Shown: positions 20,824 to 31,038 of the stretch, in pieces
Numbering within the stretch: position 1 is the first letter of the stretch
Layout of the letters: every line of letters starts with the position of its first letter
Virus record (IMG/VR): IMGVR_UViG_3300042396_000450
Location: 32,001 to 96,000 of that record
From: a virus
Reading direction: 5' to 3' (one strand)
Length of the DNA stretch: 64,000 nt
Program-made: the position numbers and the translations under genes
The notes under the pieces: generated by a model
Told to the model about the DNA's origin: nothing
Database searches by the model: none
The model's input: only the letters and a program-made list of their open reading frames with translations

Positions 20824-22061
20824 ATAACCATTATCTGTCATCTCAAATAACTGGATTAACTACTAACATTGTTCAAGAGTTAGTAAGTCCACATAAACAC
20901 ACAATCCGCGATTATGAATCCATACTTCGTAATCCCTGGGCTAAGGAATGCTGTAATATTAAATCACTCAGAGCAACTGTAACTATAGGTGATTATCAGA
21001 ATAAGAATAAAGAACATCAGGACTTCATACTTGATGCTATAGCTAATATGGATGGCACATTATCTGACATAGTAGGACGATTATGTAGTGCTATGCCATT
21101 TGGACATAGCAGTGCTGAAATAGCATTTAAACCAATACGTTCATTTGGTAAGACTCGCTACACACTGAAGGGAATTAATCTACTCGATCCTAAGAGAGTG
21201 CGTTATGCTGGTGCTGCTGGTAAATTAACTCATATTCGATATAACGATGGGATTCGTGCATTATGGATTCCTTATAACAAGTGTCTTCATATTACTAACG
21301 GATTAGTTACTAACTATAACGAACGTACTGCTTATGGTGATCCAGAGTGCGAAACAGCCTATCCATACGTCAAACTATACGAGATTATATTCAGTGAAAT
21401 GGCGGTTAGTGCTAAGACACTTGCGGTAGGTATATTACTAGGTCGTGCTGATACTGAGAATACTGTTTACTTACAAAATAAAGATGGTAGTCAATACATA
21501 GACGTTAGAACTGGTAAACCTGTAGCTATTAGTGCTGTAGCTAACCTAGCTGAACAGTTTCAGAACCTTGAAACTCACAGTCATATAGTTACCGATAAAC
21601 GTAATGAAGTTAGTGCCTTACAGATACCAGCAGGTGAACAGTTCTGGAATCTCGCAGAATCTATGTTGCGTAAGAATATATTTGCTGCATTTGGTGTACC
21701 TAGTATGGTGCTTGACGAAGGTAGTGGCGGTATTGCAACTGCTACACTCAGTGTTAAACATTTGTCAATTCTAGATAGTACAGTTGAAGCAACAGTTAAG
21801 AAGATTAGAGATCAACTGATTGAGAAAGTTATACGTCCACTTATTATATGGAACTATGGTGTTCAAGATGATTATGGTAGCTTCGCAGTTACTAATGTTA
21901 ATGATCCGACTCAGGAGAGCGCACAGATACAAAACTTCATAACTGCATTTACTACACAAGTAATACCCATGACTGATCTAGAAGCAATGAATAAGTTTCG
22001 TGAGTTGATGAAATTATCACCAACTACAGAAGTTAGTCAGCCGGAGACTCAAAGCTATTAA
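20820..22061 (+). CDS. Portal protein (DUF935 / Mu gp29-like)
   Basis: SAMPFGHSSAEI, YGDPECETAYPY, QLIEKVIRPLIIWNYG; 413 aa. Confidence 0.75.
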   Translation: MNNHYLSSQITGLTTNIVQELVSPHKHTIRDYESILRNPWAKECCNIKSLRATVTIGDYQNKNKEHQDFILDAIANMDGTLSDIVGRLCSAMPFGHSSAEIAFKPIRSFGKTRYTLKGINLLDPKRVRYAGAAGKLTHIRYNDGIRALWIPYNKCLHITNGLVTNYNERTAYGDPECETAYPYVKLYEIIFSEMAVSAKTLAVGILLGRADTENTVYLQNKDGSQYIDVRTGKPVAISAVANLAEQFQNLETHSHIVTDKRNEVSALQIPAGEQFWNLAESMLRKNIFAAFGVPSMVLDEGSGGIATATLSVKHLSILDSTVEATVKKIRDQLIEKVIRPLIIWNYGVQDDYGSFAVTNVNDPTQESAQIQNFITAFTTQVIPMTDLEAMNKFRELMKLSPTTEVSQPETQSY

Positions 22062-22368
22062 CTAAACTTTGCTTCTTACTTAATTTATTATTTAATCGCT
22101 CATGTAGATCATTTATAGAATCTTTATAAAATTTAAGTTCGTCCTTAAGTGAATCTACTGTATCCTGGGTATCCTGAATATTATACATACTTATAACCTT
22201 GTTTAATTGCATATTGAGCAGTTGCATAACCATCTAATTCCTTCTATCATGAGTTCCATCTCCTATCAATATAACTCCTTATTCTTTCAAAACTCTGACC
22301 AACGTAGAATCTAAGTGCTTCACGTAATTGATCAGGAGTTATATTAGGTATTGTTGATATAACCACAT

Positions 22369-23169
22369 TTATAAAATACCAAGAGCTACTAGTTCATTGT
22401 ATAACACTTCTATATTACATTGATAATAAGTATAGTGAGAACCACTTCCACCATAATAGTCATCTTCATGAATTTCACCCATTGAGCAGCTAATCGCATA
22501 TAACTTCTTATAGGTAAGAAAACTAATGGTCGGATCTATGCTAGTAATGAGATTATCAAATGCCTCAAAGTTAGCTAATGGTTCATCTCCATCATAGTAT
22601 GTAATATCGTCATCCCAACAGTTACCACTACTACCACCAGTAAACCAACTATCTGATTTAAAATATGGTTGATTAATGGTACAACCTAGATTATATTTAT
22701 CTGCAAACACTAACCAATCTGGTTTAACTGCAACTTTATGTAACTTCATCGTTGTATTCTCAAATAGAAATTTAAATTCATCTAAGTTAGGTACATCTAG
22801 AGGTAATGTCTTAATACTAAATGCACTAGAGATATCACGTCTATTAACATCATTAATTAAACACTGATTACGATTCTCTTCCCAGTAATGTATCTCTATC
22901 TCAGTTAACTCTTTATTCTTAACTAGTGCATTAATAACTAGAGTTAATTGTTCATTAGTGTGAATTAAACCATCAATAATAAATGTATCAGTTATATAAC
23001 GAATATAGTTATCTAACCTAGTTAACTTATTAACTGCATTCTTCTTATAACGTTTAAGTAGATCATCAAAATCAATATGTCTAATACGTTTATTATTAGA
23101 TGATTCTAGTTCCTTCGCAAATGTAGTTTTCCCACTACTCGGCAATCCCATCAATATTAATACTTTCAT
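22369..23169 (-). CDS. P-loop kinase (AAA_33-like) with C-terminal extra domain
   Basis: ILMGLPSSGKTT, FIIDG. Confidence 0.7.
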   Translation of the reverse strand: MKVLILMGLPSSGKTTFAKELESSNNKRIRHIDFDDLLKRYKKNAVNKLTRLDNYIRYITDTFIIDGLIHTNEQLTLVINALVKNKELTEIEIHYWEENRNQCLINDVNRRDISSAFSIKTLPLDVPNLDEFKFLFENTTMKLHKVAVKPDWLVFADKYNLGCTINQPYFKSDSWFTGGSSGNCWDDDITYYDGDEPLANFEAFDNLITSIDPTISFLTYKKLYAISCSMGEIHEDDYYGGSGSHYTYYQCNIEVLYNELVALGIL

Positions 23170-23620
23170 CTTTAATGTATGTAATTACAATAGCTGTTGC
23201 ATCTGCACTATGAGAACTCGTAAACTTAGTAGTAGTTCCTAGATACTCATTAACTGAGTTACTAATCATAGCTTTATCAGCTTTACCAGTTCCAGTTACT
23301 ACTAACTTAATATGTTTAGGAGTGTAACTATAAATAGACATGGATTTTAGTCTACTTAATACTTCAAATATACCAATGGCGCGATTTAGGCGTTCTCCAT
23401 TGTTACCGCGACCTAGAAATACTGGTGCTTCGTATATCAGAGTATCTGGTGAATGCTCCGTCAATAACTTCTGATATTGGTGATAAATATGAACTAACTT
23501 ATCGGAATCATCAGGTTGAGTTGCTGTTATTTCTCCAGTAGAGATAATCTTATTAACATCGGTATCGAATACACAATAACCGATGTTAACAATGCCGGGA
23601 TCTATGCCAATTAATATCAT
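23135..23620 (-). CDS. ruvC: Holliday junction resolvase RuvC
   Basis: IGIDPG...GY, IYEAP, YTPKHIKLVVTGTGKADK, HSADATA. Confidence 0.9.
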   Translation of the reverse strand: MILIGIDPGIVNIGYCVFDTDVNKIISTGEITATQPDDSDKLVHIYHQYQKLLTEHSPDTLIYEAPVFLGRGNNGERLNRAIGIFEVLSRLKSMSIYSYTPKHIKLVVTGTGKADKAMISNSVNEYLGTTTKFTSSHSADATAIVITYIKDESINIDGIAE

Positions 23621-23637
23621 GATTATAGTTAACTTAA

Positions 23638-24129
23638 CTACATCAATAATAACTCTATATTAACTGGAGTGTAGTTAACGCATTCTACAGATACACATTT
23701 AAACAACTTAGAGTCGTGTGTAGTTATTGAGTTATGAAGATGTCCATGTACATTGATGAAGTTAACTCTACTTACTGGTTTGTGAGTTAGAAGTACATTA
23801 GTTAAGTTAACCTCTAGTTCTAACTCATTATAGACATCGAGGAAACCAACATTCTTAAACCATGTATTAGTGTGACCTTTATCATGATTGCCACGAATTA
23901 GATACTTACTGCCATTTAGTTGATCCATTATTAACTTAGTGTCGCGGAATCCAGCAAACGTAACATCACCTAAGTTATATACTATGTCATCATCATTAAC
24001 TACACTATTCCAATTGCTGATAATTACATCGTGCATATCACCAGTAGTTAGAAATGGTCTATTGCAATACTCAATTACCTTATGATGAAATAGATGTAAA
24101 TCACTAATTACGTAAATCATAATCTGCAA
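23638..24129 (-). CDS. Calcineurin-like metallophosphoesterase
   Basis: SDLHLFH, LGDV, RGNHD, THKP, HGHLH. Confidence 0.88.
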   Translation of the reverse strand: MQIMIYVISDLHLFHHKVIEYCNRPFLTTGDMHDVIISNWNSVVNDDDIVYNLGDVTFAGFRDTKLIMDQLNGSKYLIRGNHDKGHTNTWFKNVGFLDVYNELELEVNLTNVLLTHKPVSRVNFINVHGHLHNSITTHDSKLFKCVSVECVNYTPVNIELLLM

Positions 24130-24583
24130 ACGTTATGTTATCTAATTTAACTTGATTAATTAATGTCCAGTTACTCCAATCCAAATTAAGATATCTATCA
24201 CCATTAACTACATTATAAGTATGAGTAATAAATAACTTAGTTACATGAGGTAACAGCGTAGCATAGATACTAGATCCACCTATTATCCAGATAGGTTTGT
24301 TATATGATCTAGCTACACTGATTGCAGTATTAATATCACTGATGAAGAATGTCTCAGATTCGTTAGTAGTCAATCCCTTGTCGCGCGTAATGATGATATT
24401 AACGCGGTTAGGAAGCTTCCTAGAGCGTAGATCACCTCTGAAGGTATTAGCTCCCATTATGACTACTCCACCTGTTGTGAGTGCCTTAAAACGCTGCATA
24501 TCGGCACAGTCATAATTAACTAATTTGCCGCCATTACCAATGCAGTTATTGAGAGATATATTAGCTATTAGATTCATAATCAA
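24104..24583 (-). CDS. folA: Dihydrofolate reductase
   Basis: IGNGGKL, DMQRFKALTTG..VIMG, LPNRVNIIITR, WIIGGSSIY, GDRY. Confidence 0.9.
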   Translation of the reverse strand: MIMNLIANISLNNCIGNGGKLVNYDCADMQRFKALTTGGVVIMGANTFRGDLRSRKLPNRVNIIITRDKGLTTNESETFFISDINTAISVARSYNKPIWIIGGSSIYATLLPHVTKLFITHTYNVVNGDRYLNLDWSNWTLINQVKLDNITFADYDLRN

Positions 24584-25500
24584 TTCCTTTGTCTAGTTAT
24601 CCACTGTAATATTGTATTAATTTTAGTATCAGGTTCTACAGCTTTAATTAAATCAGCAATATCTTTATTTGATAAACTTACATTTTCATCATAAATCTGT
24701 TTTCTTACCTCTGATTTATTTTTATATTCATTAGGATCTACTTGCCATTCAATACTTCCATTTTCTAATTTAAAGATGTAATTTGTTTCATCTATTTGTT
24801 CAATGTTATTTTTAATTTGATATAAGCGTTTAATTTTCTTATTAGGAGATGGTTGATCTAATGCCCAAATAATTTCAGGATATTGAACTATACCACTAAA
24901 ACCGCGTACCGATCTAGTAGTGTATTTATTATCCTTAATTTCACTCTTGTTAACTAATTGAGTAAATACAACTGCAATATTATATTTAAGAGCGATAGTA
25001 GCAAACCATTGTAGACAAGGTAGAACTTGACACGTATTTTCATCAACAATATTAAATCCAGATAACGAATCAACTATTAATAGTTCAATGTTTTCTGATT
25101 CAATAATCTTTTCAATTAATTCAATATCATCACTAACGTTATATGTAACTATCTCTAGTGGATTTTTAGGTGTAATGTAGTTGTTTCTACTACCACCTAA
25201 TAAATCAATACGTTTAACGAATGATTTAATACGACCTTCTGTATCAATAATTAATACTCTACCTGTATCTTTAATTTCATAATCTTCTCTAGGTAAAAAT
25301 GGTATATTACTAGTTATTGATAAACTAGCACCAACTAGACACCAACTTTTACCAATACCACCTTCAGCAACTACAGCACTAACACGACCTTTAGGAAATA
25401 AACCTCCTATATATTCAACTTCTACATTTTCAACTTCAAGATTCATAACAGTGTGTCGTAAACTTGGAATATATAGACTTTCAACAAATACATCATTCAT
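24580..25500 (-). CDS. RecA-fold AAA_25 / RepA-like ATPase
   Basis: GRVSAVVAEGGIGKS, VLIIDTE, LLIVDSL. Confidence 0.75.
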   Translation of the reverse strand: MNDVFVESLYIPSLRHTVMNLEVENVEVEYIGGLFPKGRVSAVVAEGGIGKSWCLVGASLSITSNIPFLPREDYEIKDTGRVLIIDTEGRIKSFVKRIDLLGGSRNNYITPKNPLEIVTYNVSDDIELIEKIIESENIELLIVDSLSGFNIVDENTCQVLPCLQWFATIALKYNIAVVFTQLVNKSEIKDNKYTTRSVRGFSGIVQYPEIIWALDQPSPNKKIKRLYQIKNNIEQIDETNYIFKLENGSIEWQVDPNEYKNKSEVRKQIYDENVSLSNKDIADLIKAVEPDTKINTILQWITRQRN

Positions 25501-25597
25501 CTTATTAAGGGTTTATATGTTGTATATGATTAATTATAAACTACAACATTGTCAGGGGTGGATAGGAAATGTTGTAAATAAAATAATTAAGTATTAT

Positions 25598-25750
25598 TTA
25601 AGATTCATAATTCATAATAATACAGGTAAGTAAGAAAAAAGGTAGGGCGATTTCAACACTTGTATAATCTGATGCTAAGTATCTATCCGCCACTCCAAAC
25701 ATGAATCCGCCAGTTAGTAATGTGAAACTAATCCATCTCAGTTGTTTCAT
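25598..25750 (-). CDS. Small two-helix membrane protein (50 aa)
   Basis: MKQLRWISFTLLTGGFMFGVADRYLASDYTSVEIALPFFLLTCIIMNYES. Confidence 0.45.
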   Translation of the reverse strand: MKQLRWISFTLLTGGFMFGVADRYLASDYTSVEIALPFFLLTCIIMNYES

Positions 25751-25858
25751 CTGATTAATGTATCCAATCTAATAATTCATTACAAGTAATAACACCGTTA
25801 CATTGATAAACGTAGTTAAGTTATCTAAAGTACCACTTAACTTACATCAAGTTATCTA

Positions 25859-26269
25859 TCATAGTGCATTTAATATTGATTCATATGTAACAGGTGTATC
25901 ATCATCATCATCTAATTCATTATCACCATCAAAGTCATCTAATATTTTTTCTAATTCAGCATACATATTATGATATTGATCGTAATCTTTATTACGTTTA
26001 GCTGCTTTTAGTAAATCATAGAAACTAGTGTATTTAGAATTAATAACATAGTCTACATAATCATAAGCCTCACTATCATCATTTAACCATTCTCGTAATT
26101 CATCATAACTATAATTATAACTACCGCAAGTGTCGTCATTAGCAATAATATCAAGCATTCTATCATCTGAATCATAGAATGATATATTACTACCTAATTG
26201 ATAATATAACTCTTGTGCTTTATCAGTAGATCTACTAGATAAATATGCTGCAAATTCATAAATGTCCAT
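25859..26269 (-). CDS. Acidic protein with C-terminal tag variant (PVTYESILNAL)
   Basis: D/E/Y-rich, with an acidic linker before the tag. Confidence 0.65.
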   Translation of the reverse strand: MDIYEFAAYLSSRSTDKAQELYYQLGSNISFYDSDDRMLDIIANDDTCGSYNYSYDELREWLNDDSEAYDYVDYVINSKYTSFYDLLKAAKRNKDYDQYHNMYAELEKILDDFDGDNELDDDDDTPVTYESILNAL

Positions 26270-26370
26270 GTTATTACCTCTAATTAAAATAACCCTAGTT
26301 AATGTTAACTAAGGTTATATGATGTCTATTTAAGTGATGTTATTTAAGTCGTTCTGCTACGCGAAGTTGA

Positions 26371-27345
26371 TTAATATCCTCCTACCACTGTAATATCACC
26401 ACGTAATGTTGGATGATGTTGATAATCATTAATTACAAAGTCATCAATAACGAAGTCTTGCAAATACCGTTGACCTCTATCTCTAATAGTTAAAGTAGGT
26501 AACGTATAGGGAACTCTAGTTAATTGCTCATTAACTTGTTCAACATGGTCACTATAGATGTGATGATCAGCAGTTGCAATAACTAACTCACCTGGTTCAT
26601 ATCCAGTACATTTAGCATACATAGATAGAAGTAGTGCATACTGAGCGATGTTATACGCGCCACCGAGGAATAAATCCCAACTGCGTAGGTATAACATTAT
26701 ACTTAACTTACCATTACTTACATTGACTGAGTAGTGAGTATGACAAGCTGGAAGTATTACTGATTCATTACCACATTTATAAGCCATTGAATAAACAGTA
26801 GTTGGATTCCAATAACTTACAAGAAAAGACTTACGATCAGGTGTCTTTTTAATTCCATCAATTACAAATCTAGTTTGATCTAGTGTACTATATCTGTACT
26901 CAGAATCTATTTGGGTAGACCAATAATGTGTATATTCCCAACTTGTACTATTACTATAATGAAGTGGAATAATTTCGCTAGTAATAACACCATCATCAAC
27001 TAACTGTTGCCATTGTTTGGTTAACTCAACTGTATTATCAGCAGTTAACTTAACACCTTTATTACGCCAATACTGTTTAGCACCCCATTCATCCCAGATA
27101 GTACACTTAACATTATGTAACTTAACTACATCATTGCTACCATCTATAAACCACAACATCTCATTGAATGCTGATTTATAAAATGTACGTTTAGTAGTTA
27201 ATAGTGGAAATCCATCTGATAGATTAAATCTAACTAAACCACCAAATCTACTAATAATATATTTGTCATCATGACCATATATATTTTTTCTTACGCCATT
27301 ATCAATTACATCTTGTAGCAGGTTCAAAAATTGTTGTTCTGACAT
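26371..27345 (-). CDS. thyA: Thymidylate synthase
   Basis: FPLLTTK, IWDEW, LPACH, RSWDLFLG..YNIAQY, HIYSDH. Confidence 0.95.
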   Translation of the reverse strand: MSEQQFLNLLQDVIDNGVRKNIYGHDDKYIISRFGGLVRFNLSDGFPLLTTKRTFYKSAFNEMLWFIDGSNDVVKLHNVKCTIWDEWGAKQYWRNKGVKLTADNTVELTKQWQQLVDDGVITSEIIPLHYSNSTSWEYTHYWSTQIDSEYRYSTLDQTRFVIDGIKKTPDRKSFLVSYWNPTTVYSMAYKCGNESVILPACHTHYSVNVSNGKLSIMLYLRSWDLFLGGAYNIAQYALLLSMYAKCTGYEPGELVIATADHHIYSDHVEQVNEQLTRVPYTLPTLTIRDRGQRYLQDFVIDDFVINDYQHHPTLRGDITVVGGY

Positions 27346-27641
27346 AATCCAGCTTTCCTTACTTGAATATTATTGTTAATTAAATACTGTAATCCTTCTA
27401 ACTTAGAGTGTTCATTGAAGTAAACAACTCTTCTAATACCTTTATTTACAATTTCTCTAGCACAGTAAATACATGGAGAATAACTAATAAATAAATCATC
27501 TCCTGGTGTAGCTAATTGTAATCCTATTTCTTCAGCATGATAATATTGACATCCAATAACTTCATTAATTGCTTTCATTAAAAACAACTTATGATTATCA
27601 TGTAATACATCAAATCCACCACCTGTTATAAGTGTAACCAT
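27324..27641 (-). CDS. Truncated dCMP deaminase carrying a cytidylyltransferase-like N-terminal stub
   Basis: HAE...SPCIYC deaminase motifs. N-terminal GGFDVLHDNH resembles the GxFDxxHxGH (HIGH) motif. Confidence 0.65.
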   Translation of the reverse strand: MVTLITGGGFDVLHDNHKLFLMKAINEVIGCQYYHAEEIGLQLATPGDDLFISYSPCIYCAREIVNKGIRRVVYFNEHSKLEGLQYLINNNIQVRKAGLCQNNNF

Positions 27642-27691
27642 ACTAACTCCTAAATAAAAGTGTTAGTTAATATTAACTAACACTAAATATC

Positions 27692-28351
27692 TTATTTAAT
27701 TAACTCTTGAAAGTCTACACTATCCCAGATTAATCTAGTAGTACCATAATAATAATCATAGTTATTACTATAGTAGTTAAACATCTTATTTAATAACTCA
27801 CTATCTAACTCAGTTAAACCTAACTTAGTTAACGTAGAACGACATAACTTAGTTGCTCTAGTTACATCTTTCTGATCATCTACAATTACTTCTACTTCAC
27901 ATAATCCACCGTAACCTGCATTAATATCAACACAGATATTAAACTTATCAGTCTTATATTCACGTCTACATCTACTCCATTTAGATTGATATGTTAAACC
28001 TAGACTTAATAGTATGTTATCTAACTCATGTAATGATTCACCTCTAATTAGTTCTTTCTCTACACGAACTACACCATTATCAGCATCTTCAGTATTGTAT
28101 TTGAAAATTAATAGTGTACCACCTTTATCGTCATATCTAGTTCTAATAGCTAACTTAGATGTAGTTAGTAATTCATTCTTAAATGACAGATTTAGTTTAT
28201 CTGCTAATTTAACAAGACTCTCCTCTGTGTAAGAAAAATAGTGGTTAAGTTGATTGCTATCTACAATATCTACATTTGGATATAACGTAATGATGCGAGA
28301 TTTAAGATCATCAACATCACTAACTAATGCTTTAACTTCTACTTCAATCAT
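27692..28351 (-). CDS. CYTH-domain (class IV adenylate cyclase / triphosphatase-like) protein
   Basis: N-terminal EVEVK, RTR, RREY, EVE. Confidence 0.82.
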   Translation of the reverse strand: MIEVEVKALVSDVDDLKSRIITLYPNVDIVDSNQLNHYFSYTEESLVKLADKLNLSFKNELLTTSKLAIRTRYDDKGGTLLIFKYNTEDADNGVVRVEKELIRGESLHELDNILLSLGLTYQSKWSRCRREYKTDKFNICVDINAGYGGLCEVEVIVDDQKDVTRATKLCRSTLTKLGLTELDSELLNKMFNYYSNNYDYYYGTTRLIWDSVDFQELIK

Positions 28352-28354
28352 TTA

Positions 28355-28882
28355 TCAATTACCTATTACTTGTACTAAACCGCGATAACTTTGACGTGCA
28401 TCATTAAGTGCATTATGAATTGGTAACTCATTCTCTAATCGCTCATAATAATCAGGTAAATTACGAGCTAATCTAAATGAAGTTACATCTAATAATGGAT
28501 ATGGTGAAAATTCCATTATTGAGTCAAATTCAACCCATGTTTCCAGTGCTAATGTAATGAAGTTAGTTTCAACTGGAAATGGAACATCTGCAAATAACTT
28601 AATGTTAGGATATCTCTTATTTAAATCAATCCAATCATAGATAAAATCCCTAGTTAATTCTTCACTATTAGATTCACCTAGATGTGGTGTTACATTAACT
28701 TCAATCCAATCTACATCTTTTTTCTTACCTACACGTTTAGCATACTTATAATTAGCTTCAGAATACTTGTATATTTCCTCAATTACATTACCATTACTAT
28801 CTCCAATTACAATACCATAACTGAAGGCATCACCATATAAACCCATTGATTCAACATCTAATACCGCAACAATGTAACTCAT
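28355..28882 (-). CDS. DEDDh 3'-5' exonuclease
   Basis: LDVESMG...HNALNDA. Confidence 0.78.
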   Translation of the reverse strand: MSYIVAVLDVESMGLYGDAFSYGIVIGDSNGNVIEEIYKYSEANYKYAKRVGKKKDVDWIEVNVTPHLGESNSEELTRDFIYDWIDLNKRYPNIKLFADVPFPVETNFITLALETWVEFDSIMEFSPYPLLDVTSFRLARNLPDYYERLENELPIHNALNDARQSYRGLVQVIGN

Positions 28883-28884
28883 GT

Positions 28885-29127
28885 TTATTTACCTATGTTA
28901 GCTCTTAATTGTTTACATTGCTTAGTGTAATAGTTATCTGGAAATACACAATCTTCTAATTTAAGATTAACTGTATTAACTCTAACTCGACTAAACGTTA
29001 ATGTAGTAACTACACCTAATATAAATAAGATAACTAATAATAAGTTATTAGGTGTAGTAGGTTTATTAATACTAAGCTTCTTAATAAACTTAAATGTAGA
29101 TTCTAAATCATCATCTATTTTACTCAT
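28885..29127 (-). CDS. Small membrane protein
   Basis: LLLVILFILGVVTTLTF hydrophobic helix. Confidence 0.55.
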   Translation of the reverse strand: MSKIDDDLESTFKFIKKLSINKPTTPNNLLLVILFILGVVTTLTFSRVRVNTVNLKLEDCVFPDNYYTKQCKQLRANIGK

Positions 29128-29683
29128 ACAAGTCCTCCACTATTTTTCTTACCTTATCACGTAATTCCTCTATTGTACCACTATTATCAATATAATATTG
29201 AGTTGGTACGAATGACCAATCATCTAATTTAATGTCCAGGTCAGTTGATTTAGTTTCACCTCTCCCATCTATGTGAAGTAACACTAACTCATAATCTAGT
29301 AACTTCAATAACTCTAACTCCGTTTGGTTGCGACAATCAACTATAGCTACATTACCTATAATAGAGTTAATGACATTCTTAGTTGCACCAGGAACTAGAT
29401 AGTTACCACCTGGATAGAGTGACTTAAATACATGAAAGAAGTTGTACATTAAATCATTGTAGGTAAATGATTCTAAGTTACCTGTAACTGGATTAACTAC
29501 AGGTTTAACTCTAAACTCCTTATCATCTAAACTACCTCTATCTAAACCTAACCAATCTTCTAATGGTGTTTTAAATGCACGACTAAACTTAACTATAGTT
29601 AGAGGAACTAATTCACTCAGTAGTTCAGCTACTGTATCCTTACCTGCATCAGACTTATCAGACCAAACTATAAATAACTTCAT
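29120..29683 (-). CDS. Deoxynucleoside monophosphate kinase-like protein
   Basis: AGKDTVA, F...K, IVDCRNQTE, IDNSGTIEEL. Confidence 0.72.
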   Translation of the reverse strand: MKLFIVWSDKSDAGKDTVAELLSELVPLTIVKFSRAFKTPLEDWLGLDRGSLDDKEFRVKPVVNPVTGNLESFTYNDLMYNFFHVFKSLYPGGNYLVPGATKNVINSIIGNVAIVDCRNQTELELLKLLDYELVLLHIDGRGETKSTDLDIKLDDWSFVPTQYYIDNSGTIEELRDKVRKIVEDLYE

Positions 29684-29684
29684 T

Positions 29685-30770
29685 ATGCCAACTTTATTAG
29701 GACGTATTTTAATTAATCGTCAATTACCAAGCAAAGGTCAATTACTACAGGCTACAGCAAACAGAGCTAAATCTTTCATTAAAAATCCAATTAATACATT
29801 AAAAGAGGGATTAAATACTCATAAAACTGCTAATAATATCGCAAATAATCAAAGCACTATTATTGGTAGAACTTTAATCAATCGTCAATTACCCGGTAAA
29901 CGTGAGATACTTCAATCTGCGGGTAATGCAATTAAATCCGTTGTTAAAAATCCAATTCAAGCAGTTAAATCTGGATTAGCTAGAGATAAATTAGCTGTTC
30001 AAAAATGGGGATATCATACTGGACAAACTCGCGGACAAACAGCTATTAACCTTGGTAAACATATAGCTAGTGGAGTTTATAAAGGTGGAGGTAAGGATAT
30101 GCTAGTTAATACTGGTGGATTAATTGGCAGTATTAAGGGTGCAGCAATCGGCGGTAAAATAGGTTCACTAGCTGGAGATTGGGCTGGTGCAGCTACAGCA
30201 CGTAAAGGGTTAGACGATCTTGAAGCTACTCGTAACGCATTTAAGATTCGCAATAACCCTAACTTTCAGAAACAACCACTTAACGTTAAAGCTCGCATAC
30301 TAGCTAAACGCGCATCTGGTTATGCTAAGGCGAATAAGAAGGGATTTAATAGCGAACTTAAACAAGATACTATTGGTTGGGGTATTGGTAATAGTACTGC
30401 TGGTGCACTAGCTAATGTTGCACCAGCAGTACCATTTAAAGGTGCAGCAGTAGCAATGAAAACAACTAAACCTGTATATAAGGGTTTTCGTGTTGCTAAG
30501 AGAATAGCTACTACTAATACACCTAAGATTGGTAGAGTTAAAGCTCTACGTACTGGCATTACTAAGGGTGCTACATCTACTGGTAGAACTCTTCGACGTA
30601 ATCTAAATCCTGCTAGAGCAGTTAAAACAGGACTTAATAGAGAGAAGACTATGTATAACAGTGTTAATAATAGTCTATCTAAATTACCTCGTGTTCCAGC
30701 AGGAGTTAGTTTCAATAACTCTTATTTATTATGTGACTTTAATGTATCTACTATTAAATATAGGAGATAG
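29685..30770 (+). CDS. Very basic protein with an internal duplication (possible virion core / DNA-binding protein)
   Basis: Two copies of T..GR.LINRQLP.K...LQ...N..KS..KNPI...K.GL. Rich in K/R/A/G with very few acidic residues. Confidence 0.65.
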   Translation: MPTLLGRILINRQLPSKGQLLQATANRAKSFIKNPINTLKEGLNTHKTANNIANNQSTIIGRTLINRQLPGKREILQSAGNAIKSVVKNPIQAVKSGLARDKLAVQKWGYHTGQTRGQTAINLGKHIASGVYKGGGKDMLVNTGGLIGSIKGAAIGGKIGSLAGDWAGAATARKGLDDLEATRNAFKIRNNPNFQKQPLNVKARILAKRASGYAKANKKGFNSELKQDTIGWGIGNSTAGALANVAPAVPFKGAAVAMKTTKPVYKGFRVAKRIATTNTPKIGRVKALRTGITKGATSTGRTLRRNLNPARAVKTGLNREKTMYNSVNNSLSKLPRVPAGVSFNNSYLLCDFNVSTIKYRR

Positions 30771-30852
30771 ATGATGATAGGTGCTGCAATTAAAAACGTT
30801 AATATTACTGCAACACTATCACTACCTGGAATGTCATTAAAAAATAACTCAA

Positions 30853-31038
30853 TTAGTTGTCGTCGCATGGGAACACATCCTTACAATAAGTCCAATTAAG
30901 TACATTTTGTTCAATAACTTCTAAATCAGAGTCTATCCATCTGTAATCTATATATTTAGCTAATAGATATATTTTCTTACCGCTTTCATATTCTATTTGA
31001 ACTAAACATTCATCAGTTGTATCAGGTAACTTATTCAT
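30853..31038 (-). CDS. Small hypothetical protein
   Basis: 61 aa, overlaps the end of the HD gene. Confidence 0.5.
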   Translation of the reverse strand: MNKLPDTTDECLVQIEYESGKKIYLLAKYIDYRWIDSDLEVIEQNVLNWTYCKDVFPCDDN

